Source: the human T2T-CHM13v2.0 reference genome, Homo sapiens
Reading direction: 5' to 3' (one strand)
Assembly: GCF_009914755.1 (NCBI RefSeq)
Contig: NC_060930.1
Length of the DNA: 64,000 bases
The translations under genes were made by a program, and so were the position numbers. Numbering within the stretch: position 1 is the stretch's first letter; every line of letters starts with the position of its first letter. Positions 1 through 12,287 of this stretch are shown here, piece after piece. Below the pieces are notes generated by a model that saw only the letters and a list, made by a program, of their open reading frames with translations, did not search any database and was not told where the DNA came from.

Positions 1-407
1 ATACTCTGGATTTTTGTTGTTTGGGCAAGTGGCAGACACAGGTAGGAAATTGGAGGGCAGGATTTGAGAGGGAGAGAGGTTGCAGTATTTATCCCTATCC
101 TGACATTCCCTTCCTCAACCTTTTCACAATCCTGGCAGTGGCTACCTTACTCAGCTGGTCTTAGCTCCTGTCTAAAGGTTTTTCTTCCCTGGCTCCAGAC
201 CTCACCAGGATCCTTCCACACAGTGCTGTCCCTTTGTCCTTGAGGCCTAGGGGTGGCAAAGGTTTCCTGTGGTTGCTAATTCCTGAGTACCTCATCATTC
301 CTAATTGGTACCTTACCTCTGATATATTTCTGTAGACTACTTCTTTCATACATTTCCTTCAGTTACATAATTTGTGTATGCCATCTACTTCCTGCCAAAC
401 TGACAAA
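1..407 (+). mobile_element. ERVL LTR (LTR33-like), truncated by window start
   Basis: Contains 'aggcctaggggtggcaaaggtttcctgtggttgcta' and ends 'tgccatctacttcctgccaaactgaca', resembling the LTR33 3' half. Confidence 0.65.
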
Positions 408-646
408 GCTTCATTTCTATTTGACTCAAACAACTAGATGTGTCAATGGCCACCCAAAGTTCTTCTCTTGACATATTTCTTAGATGTACCATATTTATAT
501 TCTTCCTTGCTCCCCTGCCTCTCTCTTCCTCTTGACTTAATTTTGAAATCTTTGATGTCTGTGATACCTGGTCCAACTGAACTGAACCCATTTACTGGTT
601 TTTGTGGAAACATCTTATTTCATTCAGTGATGTGATGGGCATTTCC

Positions 647-939
647 TTTTTTATTTTTTGAGACAGGGTCTTGCTCTGTCACCCAGGCTGGAATGCAGTG
701 GCAGTATCTCCACTCATGAAACCTCTGCCTGCCGGGTGCAAGAGATTCTCCTGCTTCAGCCTCCTGAGTAGCTGGGATTACAGGCGTGTGTCACCAGGCC
801 CGGCTAATTTTTGCATTTTTAGTAGAGATGGGGTTTCACCATGTTGGCCAGGCTGGTCTCGAACTCCTAGCCTCAAGTGAGCCACCTGCCTCGGCCTCCC
901 AAAGTGCTGGGATTACAGGTGTGAGCCACTGCACCTGGC
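647..939 (-). mobile_element. Alu (old S/J type, AluSz-like)
   Basis: Full dimeric Alu reverse complement; target-site duplication 'catttcctttt' on both sides. Confidence 0.95.
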
Positions 940-1159
940 AGCCATTTCCTTTTATTAGTTGGTTAGGGCTGCTATCACAACATTTTAGACTGAGTGGTGT
1001 AAACCACAGAAATGTATATTCTCACAGTTCTGGAAGCTGAAAGTCTAAGATCAAGGTGTGGGCAGTTTGCTTTCTCCTGTGGCCTCTCTCCTGGGCTTGC
1101 AGATGCTTGCCTTCTTGCTGTATCCTTACATGGTCTTTTCTCTGTGTATGTATTTCTAG

Positions 1160-1206
1160 TGTATTAGGGTTCTCCAGAGAAACTGAACCCATAGAGAATC
1201 TGTCTG

Positions 1207-1264
<58 letters not shown>

Positions 1265-1691
1265 ATCTATCTATCATACAGAACTGGCTCACATGATTAT
1301 GGAGACTGAGAAGTCCACAGTCTGCCATCTACAAGCTGAAGACTCAGGAAAGTGGGTGATACAATTCAATCTGAGTTCAAAGGCCTGAGAACCTGGAGAG
1401 CCAATGATGCAAATCCCAGTCCTAGGGCAGAAGATAAGATGAGATGTCTCAGCTTAAGCAGAGAGTCAGGAAAAATGGGTTGAATTCCCCCTTCCTTTGC
1501 CTTTTGTTCTGCTCAGGCCCACAACACATAGAATGACATTCAGCCACATTGGGAGGGCAATCAACTTTGCTGAGTCCACTGATTCCAGTGCTAGTTTCAT
1601 TGAGAAACACTCTCCCAGACACACTCAGAAAAATGTTTAATATGGGTCACCCAGTGGGCCACTCAAATTGGTACATAGAACAACTCTCACA
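1160..1691 (-). mobile_element. ERVL LTR (MLT2B-like) nested in MLT1
   Basis: Begins 'tgtattagggttctccagagaaac', contains 'tggctcacatgattatggagactgagaagtcc', ends '...tcaca'. Confidence 0.85.
1199..1276. repeat. Tetranucleotide STR (TCTG)2(TCTA)14 TCA (TCTA)2 TCA
   Basis: Read directly; lies at the usual simple-repeat position of MLT2 LTRs. Confidence 0.97.
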
Positions 1692-2006
1692 CCCAGTGTT
1701 TCTCTCTCCTTATAAGAACTAGATTGGATTAGGGCCCCACCAAAACAGCTTCTTTTAACTTAATCACCCCTTTAAAGGCTATATTCCCAAATAGGGTTAC
1801 ATTCTGAGATGCTAGAGGTTGGAACTTCAACATGTGAATCTTGAAGGGTATAAAATTCATCCCATAACATCCTTGATATGATCCTTGACCCAAGGCAGAA
1901 TTCCAGGTGACCTTTGCTTCAAAGCCTCTAGTTTCATCTTTTAACTGTTGAAGAGATAAAATCACCTTCTGCAATCCTGCAGGTTCCCAAATTCCTGGCC
2001 ACTTCC

Positions 2007-2301
2007 TTTTTTTTTTGAGACAGTCTTGCTCTGTCGCCCAGGTTGTAGTGCAGTGACGTGACCTTGGCTCACTCCAACCTCCACCTCCCGGGTTCAAGCA
2101 ATTCTAGTGCCTTAGCCTCCCGAGTATCTGGGACTACAGGTGCGCATCACCATGCCCGGCTAATTTTTGTATTTTAGTAGAGATGGGGGGGTGGTTTCAC
2201 TATGTTGCCCAGGGTGGCCTCAAACTCCTGAGCTCAAGTGATCCGCCTGCCTCGGTCTCCCAAAGTGCTAGGATTACAGGCATGAGCCACTGCGCCCAGC
2301 C
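2007..2301 (-). mobile_element. Alu (AluSz/Jb-like)
   Basis: Full dimeric Alu reverse complement with T-tract. Confidence 0.95.
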
Positions 2302-2379
2302 CCTATTTTCTTTTATTGATGTTTAAAACCTCCCTGATTGTTTCTGAAGTCATCTCTTTTTGTGGTGCCCTGTCAAACA

Positions 2380-2724
2380 CAGTCATGCATCGTTTAATGA
2401 CAGGGATATGTTCTGAGAAATGCATTGTTTGATGATTTTGTTGTTGTGTGAACATTACAGGATGTACTTACACAAACCTAGATGGTAGAGCCTACTACAC
2501 ACCTAGGCTATATGGTATAGGCTATTGCTCTTAGGCTATAAACCTGGACAGCATGTTACTGTACTGAATGCTGTAGGCAATTATAATGCAGTGGTAGGTA
2601 TTTGTATATTTAAACATATCTAAATATAGAAAAGACACGGTAAAAATACATTATAATCATGTAGGACTGCTGTTATATATGTGGTCTATTGTTGACTGAA
2701 ACATCATTATGCAGTGCATGACTG
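2380..2724 (+). mobile_element. Tigger3a (MER7A) non-autonomous DNA transposon
   Basis: Terminal inverted repeats cagtcatgc...gcatgactg, followed by TA; internal 'cacaaacctagatggtagagcctactacacacctaggctatatgg'. Confidence 0.9.
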
Positions 2725-2769
2725 TACAGCCAATTATAATCAATACATATCACTAACACTGTTTTCCTA

Positions 2770-3326
2770 TCTTATTCTCTAGAGCTACATTTTCTATCTT
2801 CCATATTATCCCAGGCAACAGTTTTACCAACTGTTTTGCTACTGCATTACAACGATCACTATCATTCTCGTCTCCAGTGGCAGTTTGCTTGCTGTCTACT
2901 GCCCGGTTGTTAGCCTCTACCATATATTTTAGGCTTATTTGCTATGGTAGCACTCATGTCTAGGTACTTATTTCTGTATCATTCAAGATAGATGTTTTGC
3001 TGCCATAAAAATACACATTCCTTTCTTGCTTTGTTACTTGTCTGTCAGGTCTAAAATGGGTCTCTGGTAGTCACCCAGGGACCTAGACTGATGGAGAACC
3101 ACATTCCTGAACATGCCCATGTGCTATGCCAGAGGGATAAGAGAGCCACTGCATCTTAAAACCTCTCCTCAGATATAGCACACGTCACTTTTTAAAAATA
3201 GTTTTTTGACCAAAGTGAGTCACTTGGGTGCTTTTCATTTAAAAGGGGCAGGAAACTACAGCCTTACCATCTGCTTGAGGAGAAAACCCCAAATTTTGGG
3301 TGAACAGCACTAATGATTTCTGCACA
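2770..3326 (-). mobile_element. Old MaLR LTR (MLT1K/L-like) with adjacent internal-sequence fragment
   Basis: 'gtcacccagggacctagactgatggag' and 'gtgaacagcactaatgatttctgcaca'; 2770-2975 resembles the MLT1-int start. Confidence 0.6.
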
Positions 3327-4361
3327 GCACCGATGCTCAGTACTTGGTATTTACTTCTGGAAATTTAGAAAAAGTAAACATTTAAGATCATCTGTGGCAT
3401 AAATCATAGGTCCATGACAGTATTTTTGTTTTATAGATTCTGGGCCACTATTTCTCCCCTCACACACGCAAAAACAATATCTAGTTCCCTAAGGCCACAG
3501 AATTACATATTCAGCTCTATGGGTGTCAGCTGCCTATTGTGTGTCATTTAGTAATTTCCATACCTTTTCTTTTTTACAACTAAAGAAGTCCAAAAAGAGG
3601 TGTGAAAAGTCAGGTGAAACTCTCTTATGCTTTATTGTTCTTATGATACATATGATATGTGTCTTATTCCTTTCCAAATGCATTTTAAAGTGAAGTCATA
3701 TTTCAATTTGTCATTTTCATAAAGCAAGAAAGATAGCATTTATTGTCATGCATGGCCAAGCAGACTGGCAGATGCCACTAACAAATGGTAAAAAATTCTT
3801 CTATGGCTCATTATTTCTATAAAGGCTCTATTTTTTGGTTATTATTTCTGAAAAAGAACATAAACCCAACTATAAATGACAAAAAAATACAGTGGCCATC
3901 AAACCCAATTACAGTGTGTCTTTAGAGAGCTAGTGAATAAGTGAAGTTAATCACAATACCTCATATTCTGAAAAGACCTCATCACCCAGGGTACGAATTA
4001 AAGTAGTTTCCAGTCTAAAATAGATGTGTCTGTAACAGGAATCACTAACAGTGGGTTAAAAATAGAACCAGGTACAAAACCTACAGTGGAAGAGTATGCA
4101 TAAAATTAGATTGTTTTGATTAGGTACATCCTTTTCTCAGAAGCTTCTCCAGGAATAAATTACTTTGCTAAAAGTCTTTTCCCTATTATTCCATCCCTGT
4201 CTCCGACTCCAAGTGATTTTTCTAAAATACAAATCTGATCTTGTCATTTCTCTACTTAAAATTAGTCCATACAGAACTAGGTTGCTATCAGGAAAGAGTC
4301 CTGACTCCTTAACTCCTCAAGGTTTAATGCCTTAACCTCTGTAGACCAACCTATTAATGTC

Positions 4362-4708
4362 TGCTCTGGATTGAATATTTATGTCCCTCCACAAATTTAT
4401 ATCCTAACTCCCAAGATGATGATAGTAGGACGTTAGGCTTTTGGGAGGTGATAAGTTCATGAGGGCAGGGCCTCATTAATGGGATTAGTGCTCTTATAAA
4501 AGAGGGCTCAGAGAGCTTGTTTGCTCCTCTACCATTTGAGGACACAGTGAGAAGGTGCCATCTATGAATCAGAAAGAGGGCCTTCATCAGACACTAACTC
4601 TGTCAGCTTCTTGGTCTTGGGCTTCCCAGCCTCCAGAACTGTGAGAAATATATTTCTGTTCCTTTGTTTTGGTACTTTGTAACAAAGCAGTCTCAACAGA
4701 CTAAGACA
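4362..4708 (+). mobile_element. MaLR solo LTR (MLT1A0-like)
   Basis: TG...CA ends; 'ttcccagcctccagaactgtgagaaata'; 5-bp TSD atgtc/atgtt. Confidence 0.88.
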
Positions 4709-4766
4709 ATGTTCCTCTTCATACACTGGTGTCCCAGCCATTGAGCTAATTGCTATGTTTCAGCAC

Positions 4767-5160
4767 TGTTAAATGAAGTTTAGCCTTAAGCTGCCTCCTT
4801 ATGTATTTTAAGTTGGGTCTAAAGCTTTCTCTGAACATCGTGAACTATAACCTACAAGGAGTTGTATACAGACTGTAGTCTATGCCTGTGCCAATCACCA
4901 AGTTCCTCAAAGGTGGCCAGCTGTTCAAATTGTGTTCAGATAAGGCAAACGTCGAGCTGTAACCAATCCAGCTGTCTCTATCTTACTTTCCTTTTCTGTA
5001 TGTCATTTTCCTTTTTCTGTCCATAACTCTTCTTCCACCATGTTGGCTGTGCTGGAGTCTCTGAGCCAACTCTGGCTCGACAGGCTGCCTGACTTGCCAA
5101 TCATTCTTTGCTCAGTTAAACTCTTTTAAATTTAATTTGGCTATAGTTTTTCTTTTAACA
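4767..5160 (+). mobile_element. ERV1 solo LTR (MER57A-like)
   Basis: Starts 'tgttaaatgaagtttagcc', contains 'gagctgtaaccaatccagctg', ends 'tttcttttaaca'. Confidence 0.8.
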
Positions 5161-5873
5161 GCTGCATCCTTAACATTTGCTAGTCTCTTGAAGCTCTACT
5201 TAAGTGTTCCCTCTGCTCAGAAGTCCCCTTTGTTTTTAATTCCTCTAGGCCCTATCATCACCTCTAAGCATTTATTATTCATTATTGAGGTGGGTAATTT
5301 ACATGTTTCTTCAGTTTTCTAGATTTGGGGCAACTTGAGTACAGCAATTTTGTCTTATAAAATAAATGCATGTGTGTTTATAGCCCATCCCATTTTTACA
5401 AAGGCTTTAAGGAGAACAGTCTTACTTGTGTCTCTTGTTTTTTTATATCCTAAGAGAAATACTCATTTTTTTTTCTCATGTAACTTAGGCTATAGTGTTA
5501 AGTCAGATTACAGTGAAACAAATTTCTCACAGGGAGAATTTTTTTTTATATATATATAGTTTATAAAGGTTCGCAAAGGTATTCTACTAAGGTGGCATGT
5601 TGTTGAGGTCAAGCCCTTGGAGAAAGAAATGTTTGTGTCTCAGCATGTAGGTTGGCAGTATCTTATTTTCCAAATGAATATTGGTGTTAACCATCCCATG
5701 AAAATACTCTTTCTAAAAACATAACTTGTAGAGTTATATTATATTCTGTCAAAATGTGTCTTAAGTATTATATGGAATGCCCACGAGTTCCCTTGGTTGG
5801 GGCCATTGTATGATTCTCTCTCGTATGCACAACGTGGGGGAGATGAAGTTGGGGAGGTGTACCATGAAACTAC

Positions 5874-5952
5874 ATGTATTTTAAGTTGGGCCTAAAGGTT
5901 TCTTTTTACATCATGAACTATAACCTAAATGGAGTTGTATACAGACTGTAGT
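5874..5952 (+). repeat. Isolated 79-bp copy of an internal part of the MER57-like LTR
   Basis: Aligns without gaps to 4801-4879 with 8 mismatches in 79 bp. Confidence 0.9.
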
Positions 5953-5971
5953 TGACAATATCCCCGTGTTG

Positions 5972-6050
5972 TCTGTATATCTGGATATTGTATATCTAGA
6001 TATCTGTATATCTGGATATTGTATATCTAGATATCTGTATATCTGGATAT
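5972..6050. repeat. 31-bp tandem repeat, about 2.5 copies
   Basis: Unit tctgtatatctggatattgtatatctagata at 5972 and 6003, partial copy at 6034. Confidence 0.93.
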
Positions 6051-6324
6051 ACTCACTGTATTTACTTTAAGTTAATTCACAGTTCTTAGTGGAGCATGAC
6101 TTTGATTGTCAGTGCCATTCCAAATCCCTTTCCTGATTCACTCCGCCTACTGCCTACATCCTCCCCTGATTTACAGGTTCCTGACTGCTTTTCTGATGTC
6201 TTTTTATAGTTCTCAATCAATTTAATGAAAGAAATTTATCTGACAAAAATTTTGAAAATCAGCCTTGCCTGACCTTCCCTTGCCTTGTTCTTCTGCATTG
6301 GCTACATGGTCATTCTCTGAGTGA

Positions 6325-6437
6325 TTTTTTTTTCTTTCACATATTTGCCCTGAGCTCTGGCTTTTTTTTTCTTTCACATATTTGTCCTGAGCTCTGGCTT
6401 TTTTTTTTTTCTTTCACATATTTGCCCTGAGCTCTGA
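6325..6437. repeat. 37-40 bp tandem repeat, 3 copies
   Basis: Unit T(9-12)ctttcacatatttgYcctgagctctg(gc). Confidence 0.95.
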
Positions 6438-6624
6438 TCAGGGGAAGCTCTGACTGCCCTCGCCTTCCTGACTGCTGAGTCACAGGTTTACTCCATCCAT
6501 AGAACTCTTTGGATTTAAGTGGCCCCCTGCCTTACTGGTACTTCTGGTTTCAGTATGTTTTTGGTCCTACCACCACCAGACACTCCTAATCCCTTCCACA
6601 TCTTTTCAGAGATCCTTGTCCTGA

Positions 6625-6815
6625 TATACTGATTTATCGTGCAATCCTGGGTAATTTATTTAACCTTTCTGTTTCTTAGTTTTCCTGTTTTACAAAGATG
6701 AGCCTTGATAAGCCCCAAACTGCCTTCACACACCTTGTGAGGATCAAGTAAGATAAAGTTTGTGAAAACACTTTGTTGAGTGAAAAGTGCCAAACTAACG
6801 TAAGATATTATTTTT
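6625..6815 (+). mobile_element. MIR fragment
   Basis: Core 'ggtaatttatttaacctttctgtttcttagttttcctg' and 'gtgaggatcaagtaagataa'. Confidence 0.65.
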
Positions 6816-6944
6816 ATTGCAACACTGTTTTCATTGAAACATCATTCCTAGATGTCATTGTCTTTATACAGAGCTATATGGTTTTAAAAATATTGATTTC
6901 TAGTTGGATAGACTAGGATACATGTAAGAAGGAAAATAGTGGTA

Positions 6945-7150
6945 ACTATTGTTATTGACCATATACCATTTGCCAAGTACAGTGCTAGGTGTTTTTGGTC
7001 TTATCTATTTTAATCTTTACATCTATTCTGCAATGTAGGTTTTACAGAGACTCAGAGACATAAAGTATCTTGTCCAAGAATATATAGTTTGTAAGTCACA
7101 GAACAAAGGAGTGTGTTCACTTCTGTTTTATTGCAGAGCTGTGATGTTCA
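6945..7150 (-). mobile_element. MIR fragment
   Basis: 'tgccaagtacagtgctaggtgtttt' and 'gactcagagacataaagtatcttgtccaag'. Confidence 0.6.
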
Positions 7151-7263
7151 ACATATGCCTTCCTTGAGATGCTGATATATTCCAAATAGTTTTTGCATTT
7201 TTTTTCTGGTAATATCATAAATATGTTTCCATCCTATGTACTCCCTGCTCATGACAATCATGA

Positions 7264-7809
7264 TGTATTGGGCAGCCTTTTAGGATGCTAACCAACAATC
7301 CCCACCTCCTGGTAATAAGATTCTGTAGTCTACTCCCCTTGAGTGTGGGTTGGACTTAGTGACTTGCTTTTAGTGAATAGAATACAACAAAGGTGATGGG
7401 ATATCACTTCTGAAATTAGTTTACAAGAGACCGTGACTTCTGTCTTGCTGGCATTTGCTTGCTTCCTCAGTTTAAGGAAACTAACTGCAGTATTCTGAAT
7501 TACCCTATGGAAAAGCTCATACGGCAGAGAACTGGTGGCAGCCTCTGACAACAGCTGCCAAGGACCTGAATCCTGCTAACAACTGGTGAATGATCTTGGA
7601 ATCAGATCTTATCCCAGCTGAATCTTGAGATGACTGGAGATACAGCTGACACCTCGATTTTATCCTGTAAGAGACCGTGAGCTAGATAGAGGACCCAGCT
7701 AAGCCATGCCTGGATTCCTGAACGACAAAATTGTGAGATAGTAAATGTTGTTTTATCCAGCTACTGCATTTCAGGGTCATTTGATACACAGCAATAGATA
7801 TCCAATACA
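7264..7809 (+). mobile_element. MaLR solo LTR (MLT1F-like)
   Basis: 'ccccttgagtgtgggttggacttagtgacttgctt', 'gaggacccagctaagccatgcctggattcctga'; ends 'aataca'. Confidence 0.85.
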
Positions 7810-8194
7810 CATGGTATGTACCAAGAAGCATTATTTATGAGACTCTGCTGTGCAAATTACTGATGAATGAAGAAATTATCTCTGACATGTCCAATTTTCT
7901 CACCTAATAAGCAATACCTAATAATAGCTGAAATTGGTACTCATGTCACTCTGAGTCTATGGCATTACTTACTATGCCATGCTGCTGTGCAAGGGCCTTT
8001 AGTGGAGGATGAGGGTGGCAAGGCTGCAGTTTTAATGCTCAATGTACAAGTGAAAACAAGTATGAATGTTATATCTGAAGATAGATTGGTAGCAAATACT
8101 TTATAGGCCGTGTGTCTTAGGGGGCTTCTCAAATAATAACAGTTAAGTTAGCTGTTGCTCTGCTTGGATATATAGGTACTATGACCAAAAGCAG

Positions 8195-8388
8195 AGATTA
8201 ATTTTTGTTTTCTGAAAGGAGTCAGATAGTGCATATTTTAGGCATGGCAAGCTACATATGGCCTGTGTTGCATATTATTCAATTTTTAAAATAAGCCTTT
8301 AAATTTTTAAAAGCTTTCTCAGCTCAGAGGTCTTATAAAAACGGTCTATAGGCCATATTTGGCACAGGCTGTAGTTTGCCACCCCTGA
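8195..8388. mobile_element. MER58-like hAT-Charlie MITE
   Basis: 'agtcagatagtgcatattttaggc' ... 'ggctgtagtttgccacccctg'. Confidence 0.7.
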
Positions 8389-8974
8389 CTAAAGTTAAGG
8401 TAACCCTCAAAGACCATGGATTAATTTTAGTTCTTTATAGGATTCCAAGAGTGAATTAAGCCCCATTGTCCTAAGTCATCTATTGCATGTAATAAATTAA
8501 CTTCTCACCTGTGGATCTTGAATGGTGTTTGCTATATAAATACTTGAAAAGATTGAGTAAATAATCACTCAGAATATTTTTTTGCTTTGTGGTTCAGATG
8601 ACAAGCTCTGGTTAGGAAAAGCTAGTGGCACACATACTCATATGATTATTTATTCAACAATCATTAAATAAGCAGTAACTATATGCTAAGTGTTAGATTA
8701 TGTGCTGTGAAATTATCTCAAAAACATCACCATCATACAGAGTGAACTGCAAGAAATTTTGAAAATAACTTAATTTCTGAAGTCATGCTCTAGCAGAAAC
8801 AATGTGATGAGCCTAATAACTATTTCTCTTTCACTTGTGTAATATCCTTGCTACAGGATAAGAGCATTTTTTTTTTCTCCACGAGGCTGTGATCTGTGCA
8901 GACCTATTGATAGTTGTCTGAGAAATAATAAGACCCCCTAACAATACATGTCTTTAGTAGACCCAGATTAGACC

Positions 8975-9150
8975 TAATCTTTACCCTGTCACTAACTATG
9001 TGACTTCTAGCAATTACTTAACCTCTCCAAGATACCATCTCACCATCAAATGGAGAAAATAATACTTATTCCAGTGGATTGTTGTATGAATTTAAATGAG
9101 ATAAAACATGTAAAGCACTTGGGCATAATGCTTCACAAGTAGAAAAAGCT
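8975..9150 (+). mobile_element. MIR
   Basis: 'gtgacttctagcaattacttaacctctc' and 'ttaaatgagataaaacatgtaaagcacttg'. Confidence 0.75.
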
Positions 9151-9161
9151 CTGCAGAAGTA

Positions 9162-11651
9162 CAGGCATACTTTGTTTTCTTGTGCTTTCCTTTCTTGGGC
9201 TTCACAGATACTGTGTTTTTTACAAATTGAAGATTTGTGGTAACTTTTCATTGTTCAAGTCTATTCGTGCTATTTTTCCAACAGCATGTGCTCACTGCAT
9301 GTCTTTCTGTCACATATTAGTAACTACTGCACTATTTTAATAATATTGAAAATTTTGAAATTATTTATATGAAATAATTTTGAATAAATTAACAAAAATC
9401 TTCAAATAATTTTGATTAAATTATTATATAAATAAAAATTGTTTCATAATAATGAAAAATATTTTTTCATTATTATTGTGGTGATCTGTGATCAGTGATC
9501 TTTGATATTACTATTGTAATAGTTTTGGGGCACCCTGAACTGCCATAATTGAATAACATAATTGATCAATGGTGTGTGTGTTCTGACTGCTCCACTAAAT
9601 GGCCATTTCCCCATCTCTCTGCCTCTCCTCAGGCCTCCCTGAGACATAACAATATTGATATTGGCCAATTAATAACCACACAAAGGCTTCTAAGAGTTTA
9701 AGGGAAAGGAAGAGTTGCATGTCTCTTACTTTAAATAAAAAGCTAGAAATGATTAAGCTCAACAAGGAAGACATATCGAAAGCTAAGATAGGCCAAAAGC
9801 TAGGTCCCTTGCACCAGTTAGTCAGATTATGAACATAAAGAAAAACTTTTTGAAGGAAATTAAACATGTTACTCCAGTGAACACATGAATGCCAAGAAAG
9901 AAAAACAGTCTTATTGCTGATATGGAGAAAGTTTGATGGTCTGGATAGAAGACTGAACCAGCCACAACATTCTGTTAAGCCAAAGCTTAATCCAGATCAA
10001 GGTCCCAACTCTTCAGTTCTATGAAGGCTGAGAGAGATGAGGAAGCTGCGGAAGAAAAGTTTGAAGCTAACAGAGGTTGGTTCATGAGGTCTAAGAAAAG
10101 AAACCATCTTTATAACATAAAAGGGTAGAGCCGAGCAACAAGTGCTGATGTAGAAACTGTAGCAAGTTATTCAGAAGATCTAGCTAAGATAATTTATGAA
10201 CGTGGCTACACTAAACAACAGATTTCCAAAGAAGACAAAAAAACCCTCTCTTGGAAGAAGATGCCATCTAGGACTCTTATAGGTAGAGAAAATAAGTCAA
10301 TGCCTGGTTTCAAAGCTCCACAGGATAGGCTGACTCTCTTGTGAGGGGCTAATGCAACTTGGTGACTTTAAGTTGATGCCAGTGCTCATTTGCCATTCCA
10401 AAAATCTGAAGGCCCTTAAGAATTATGCTAAATCTATTCTGCCTGTGCTTTATAAGTGGAACAGCAAAGCCTAGGTAAAGGAAATCTGTTAACAGCATAG
10501 TTTACTGAATATCTTCATCTCACTGTTGAGACACATTACTCAGAAAAAAAGATTCCTTTCAAAACATTACTGCTCATTGACAATGCACCTGGTCACCTAA
10601 GACCTCTGATGGAGATGTATAAGGAGATTAATGTTATTTTCACGCTGCTAACACAGTGTCCTTTCTGCAGCCCATGGGTCAAGTAGTAATTTTGGCTTTC
10701 AAGTCTTATTTTTTAAGAAATGCATTTCATAAGACTATAGCTGCCATAGATAGTGATTTCTTGATGAATCTGGGCAAATTGAAAACCTTCTGGAAAGGAT
10801 TTGCCATTCTAGATGTCAGAAAGACCATTCATAATTTATGGGAGGAGGTCAAAATATCAACATTAACAGAAGTTTGGAAGAAGTTGATTTCAACCTCCGT
10901 GGATGCTTTTGAGGGTTCAAGACTTCAGTGTAGGAAGGAACTGTAGATGTGGTGGAAATAGCAAGAGAACTGATATTATAAGTTCAGCTTGAAGATTGGA
11001 CTGGATTCCTCCAATCTCATGTTAAAACTTGAATGGATAAGAAGTTGCTTCTTATGGCTGAGCAAAGAAAGTGGTTTCTTGAGATAGAATCTACTCTTGG
11101 TGAAGATACTGTGAACAGTGTTGAAATGACAACAAGGAATCTGGAATATTACATAAACTTAGTTGATAAAGCAGTGGCAGGTTTTAAGAGGAGTGACTCC
11201 AATTTTGAAAGAAGTTCTCTTGTGGGTAAAATGTTATCAAACAGCATCATACACTACAGAGAAATCTTTTGTGAAAGGGAAATTCAATCAATGTGACAAA
11301 CTTCATTGTTGCCTTATTTTTAAAAAGTGCTGTAGCCACCCCAACTTTTAGCAACCACCATCCTGATCAGCAGTGGTCGTCGAGGCATGACCCTTTACCA
11401 GCAAAAGATTAGGACCCATTCAAAGCTCAGATGATCATTAGAATTTTTTAGCAATAAAGTATTCTAAAATTAAGGTAAGTACATTTTTTAGACATAATGC
11501 TATTGCACACTTAATAGATTGCAGTATAGTATAAACATAACTTTTAAATGCACTGGGAAACAAAAAAAATAGTATGGCTCCTTTTATCGTGATGTCTATT
11601 TTATTGCAGTGGTCTAGAACTGAACCCACAATAACTTCAAGTTGTGCCTTG
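9162..11651 (+). mobile_element. Near full-length Tigger1 DNA transposon
   Basis: TA|caggcatac ... gtgccttg|TA ends; about 2.5 kb; transposase-coding remnants throughout. Confidence 0.95.
9700..10950 (+). pseudogene. Disrupted Tigger1 (pogo-family DDE) transposase
   Basis: Recognisable peptides such as [20 protein letters not shown] and [21 protein letters not shown] (ORF 10656-10946), broken by stops and frameshifts. Confidence 0.85.
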
Positions 11652-12069
11652 TAACTATTATTGTTTTCAGGCTCACTTCCATGATGTCAGGGGCATCAGA
11701 TACATGCTCTTATTTTTTTCTAAAGTCAGATCCAATACTACAGCCAATAATTCTGTATGAGATGTATTAATAGAAAGGAAAAATCTATAGTTTTCTCTAA
11801 TTGCATTCGTCTTCTCAGAGAACTGGGCACAGCTATGGGGGGTAAAAAATGCCTAACAGACAATCTCACATCTTGAAAATATTTTGTTTTAGAAGGATAG
11901 TTTGATTTTTTTCCTCAATGTAATAAGTTGGCTGCAAAGAATGGGGAAGGAAGGTAGGGGAAGCATAAATTTCTGATTTTAATTTTTTTTTTGTTGTTTA
12001 TTTTTAGAGCTTCTCTCTTACAGAAAAAAAGTGTTTGCTTTTTTGGATTCTGAAGTAAAAATAACAGAA

Positions 12070-12285
12070 CGAAGCCTTAGTGAATTCTTATACCGTGCCA
12101 GGCTCTGAACGCTTTATGCTCAAACAGCCCTCTGAAATAGGAAAGCTTTTATCCTTCATAGTTTTATAAATATGAAATTTGATGCACAGATTGCCTATGG
12201 AACTTACCCAAGGTCATCTGGCCTGTGTGTCAGTAGCCCAACTATGAATCCAGGTAGGTTTACTTCAGAGCCCAGCTCTTAATTC
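12070..12285 (-). mobile_element. MIR
   Basis: 'gtgccaggctctgaacgcttta' and 'aacttacccaaggtcatctggc'. Confidence 0.65.
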
Positions 12286-12287
12286 CA

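Larger units (their letters stand above)
952..1869 (-). mobile_element. MaLR LTR (MLT1B-like) interrupted by an MLT2 LTR
   Basis: 'ctcacagttctggaagctgaaagtctaagatcaaggtg' in the left part; resumes near 1697 and ends 'aattcatcccataaca'. Confidence 0.8.

Noticed and set aside
671-1040. ORFs with 'Alu-like' peptides (also 14892-15131, 20704-21012, 24427-24760, 31547-31765, 34934-35164, 49036-49317, 61077-61404)
   Set aside because: They are translations of Alu sequence, a well-known source of spurious ORFs.
5972-6437. Short regular repeats that superficially recall a CRISPR array
   Set aside because: They are head-to-tail repeats without unique spacers, in human DNA with no cas genes.
10656-11296. 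ORFs resembling TIGD1-type transposase or Tigger1 ORF2
   Set aside because: They are fragments of a decayed Tigger1 with stops and frameshifts, not a domesticated gene.
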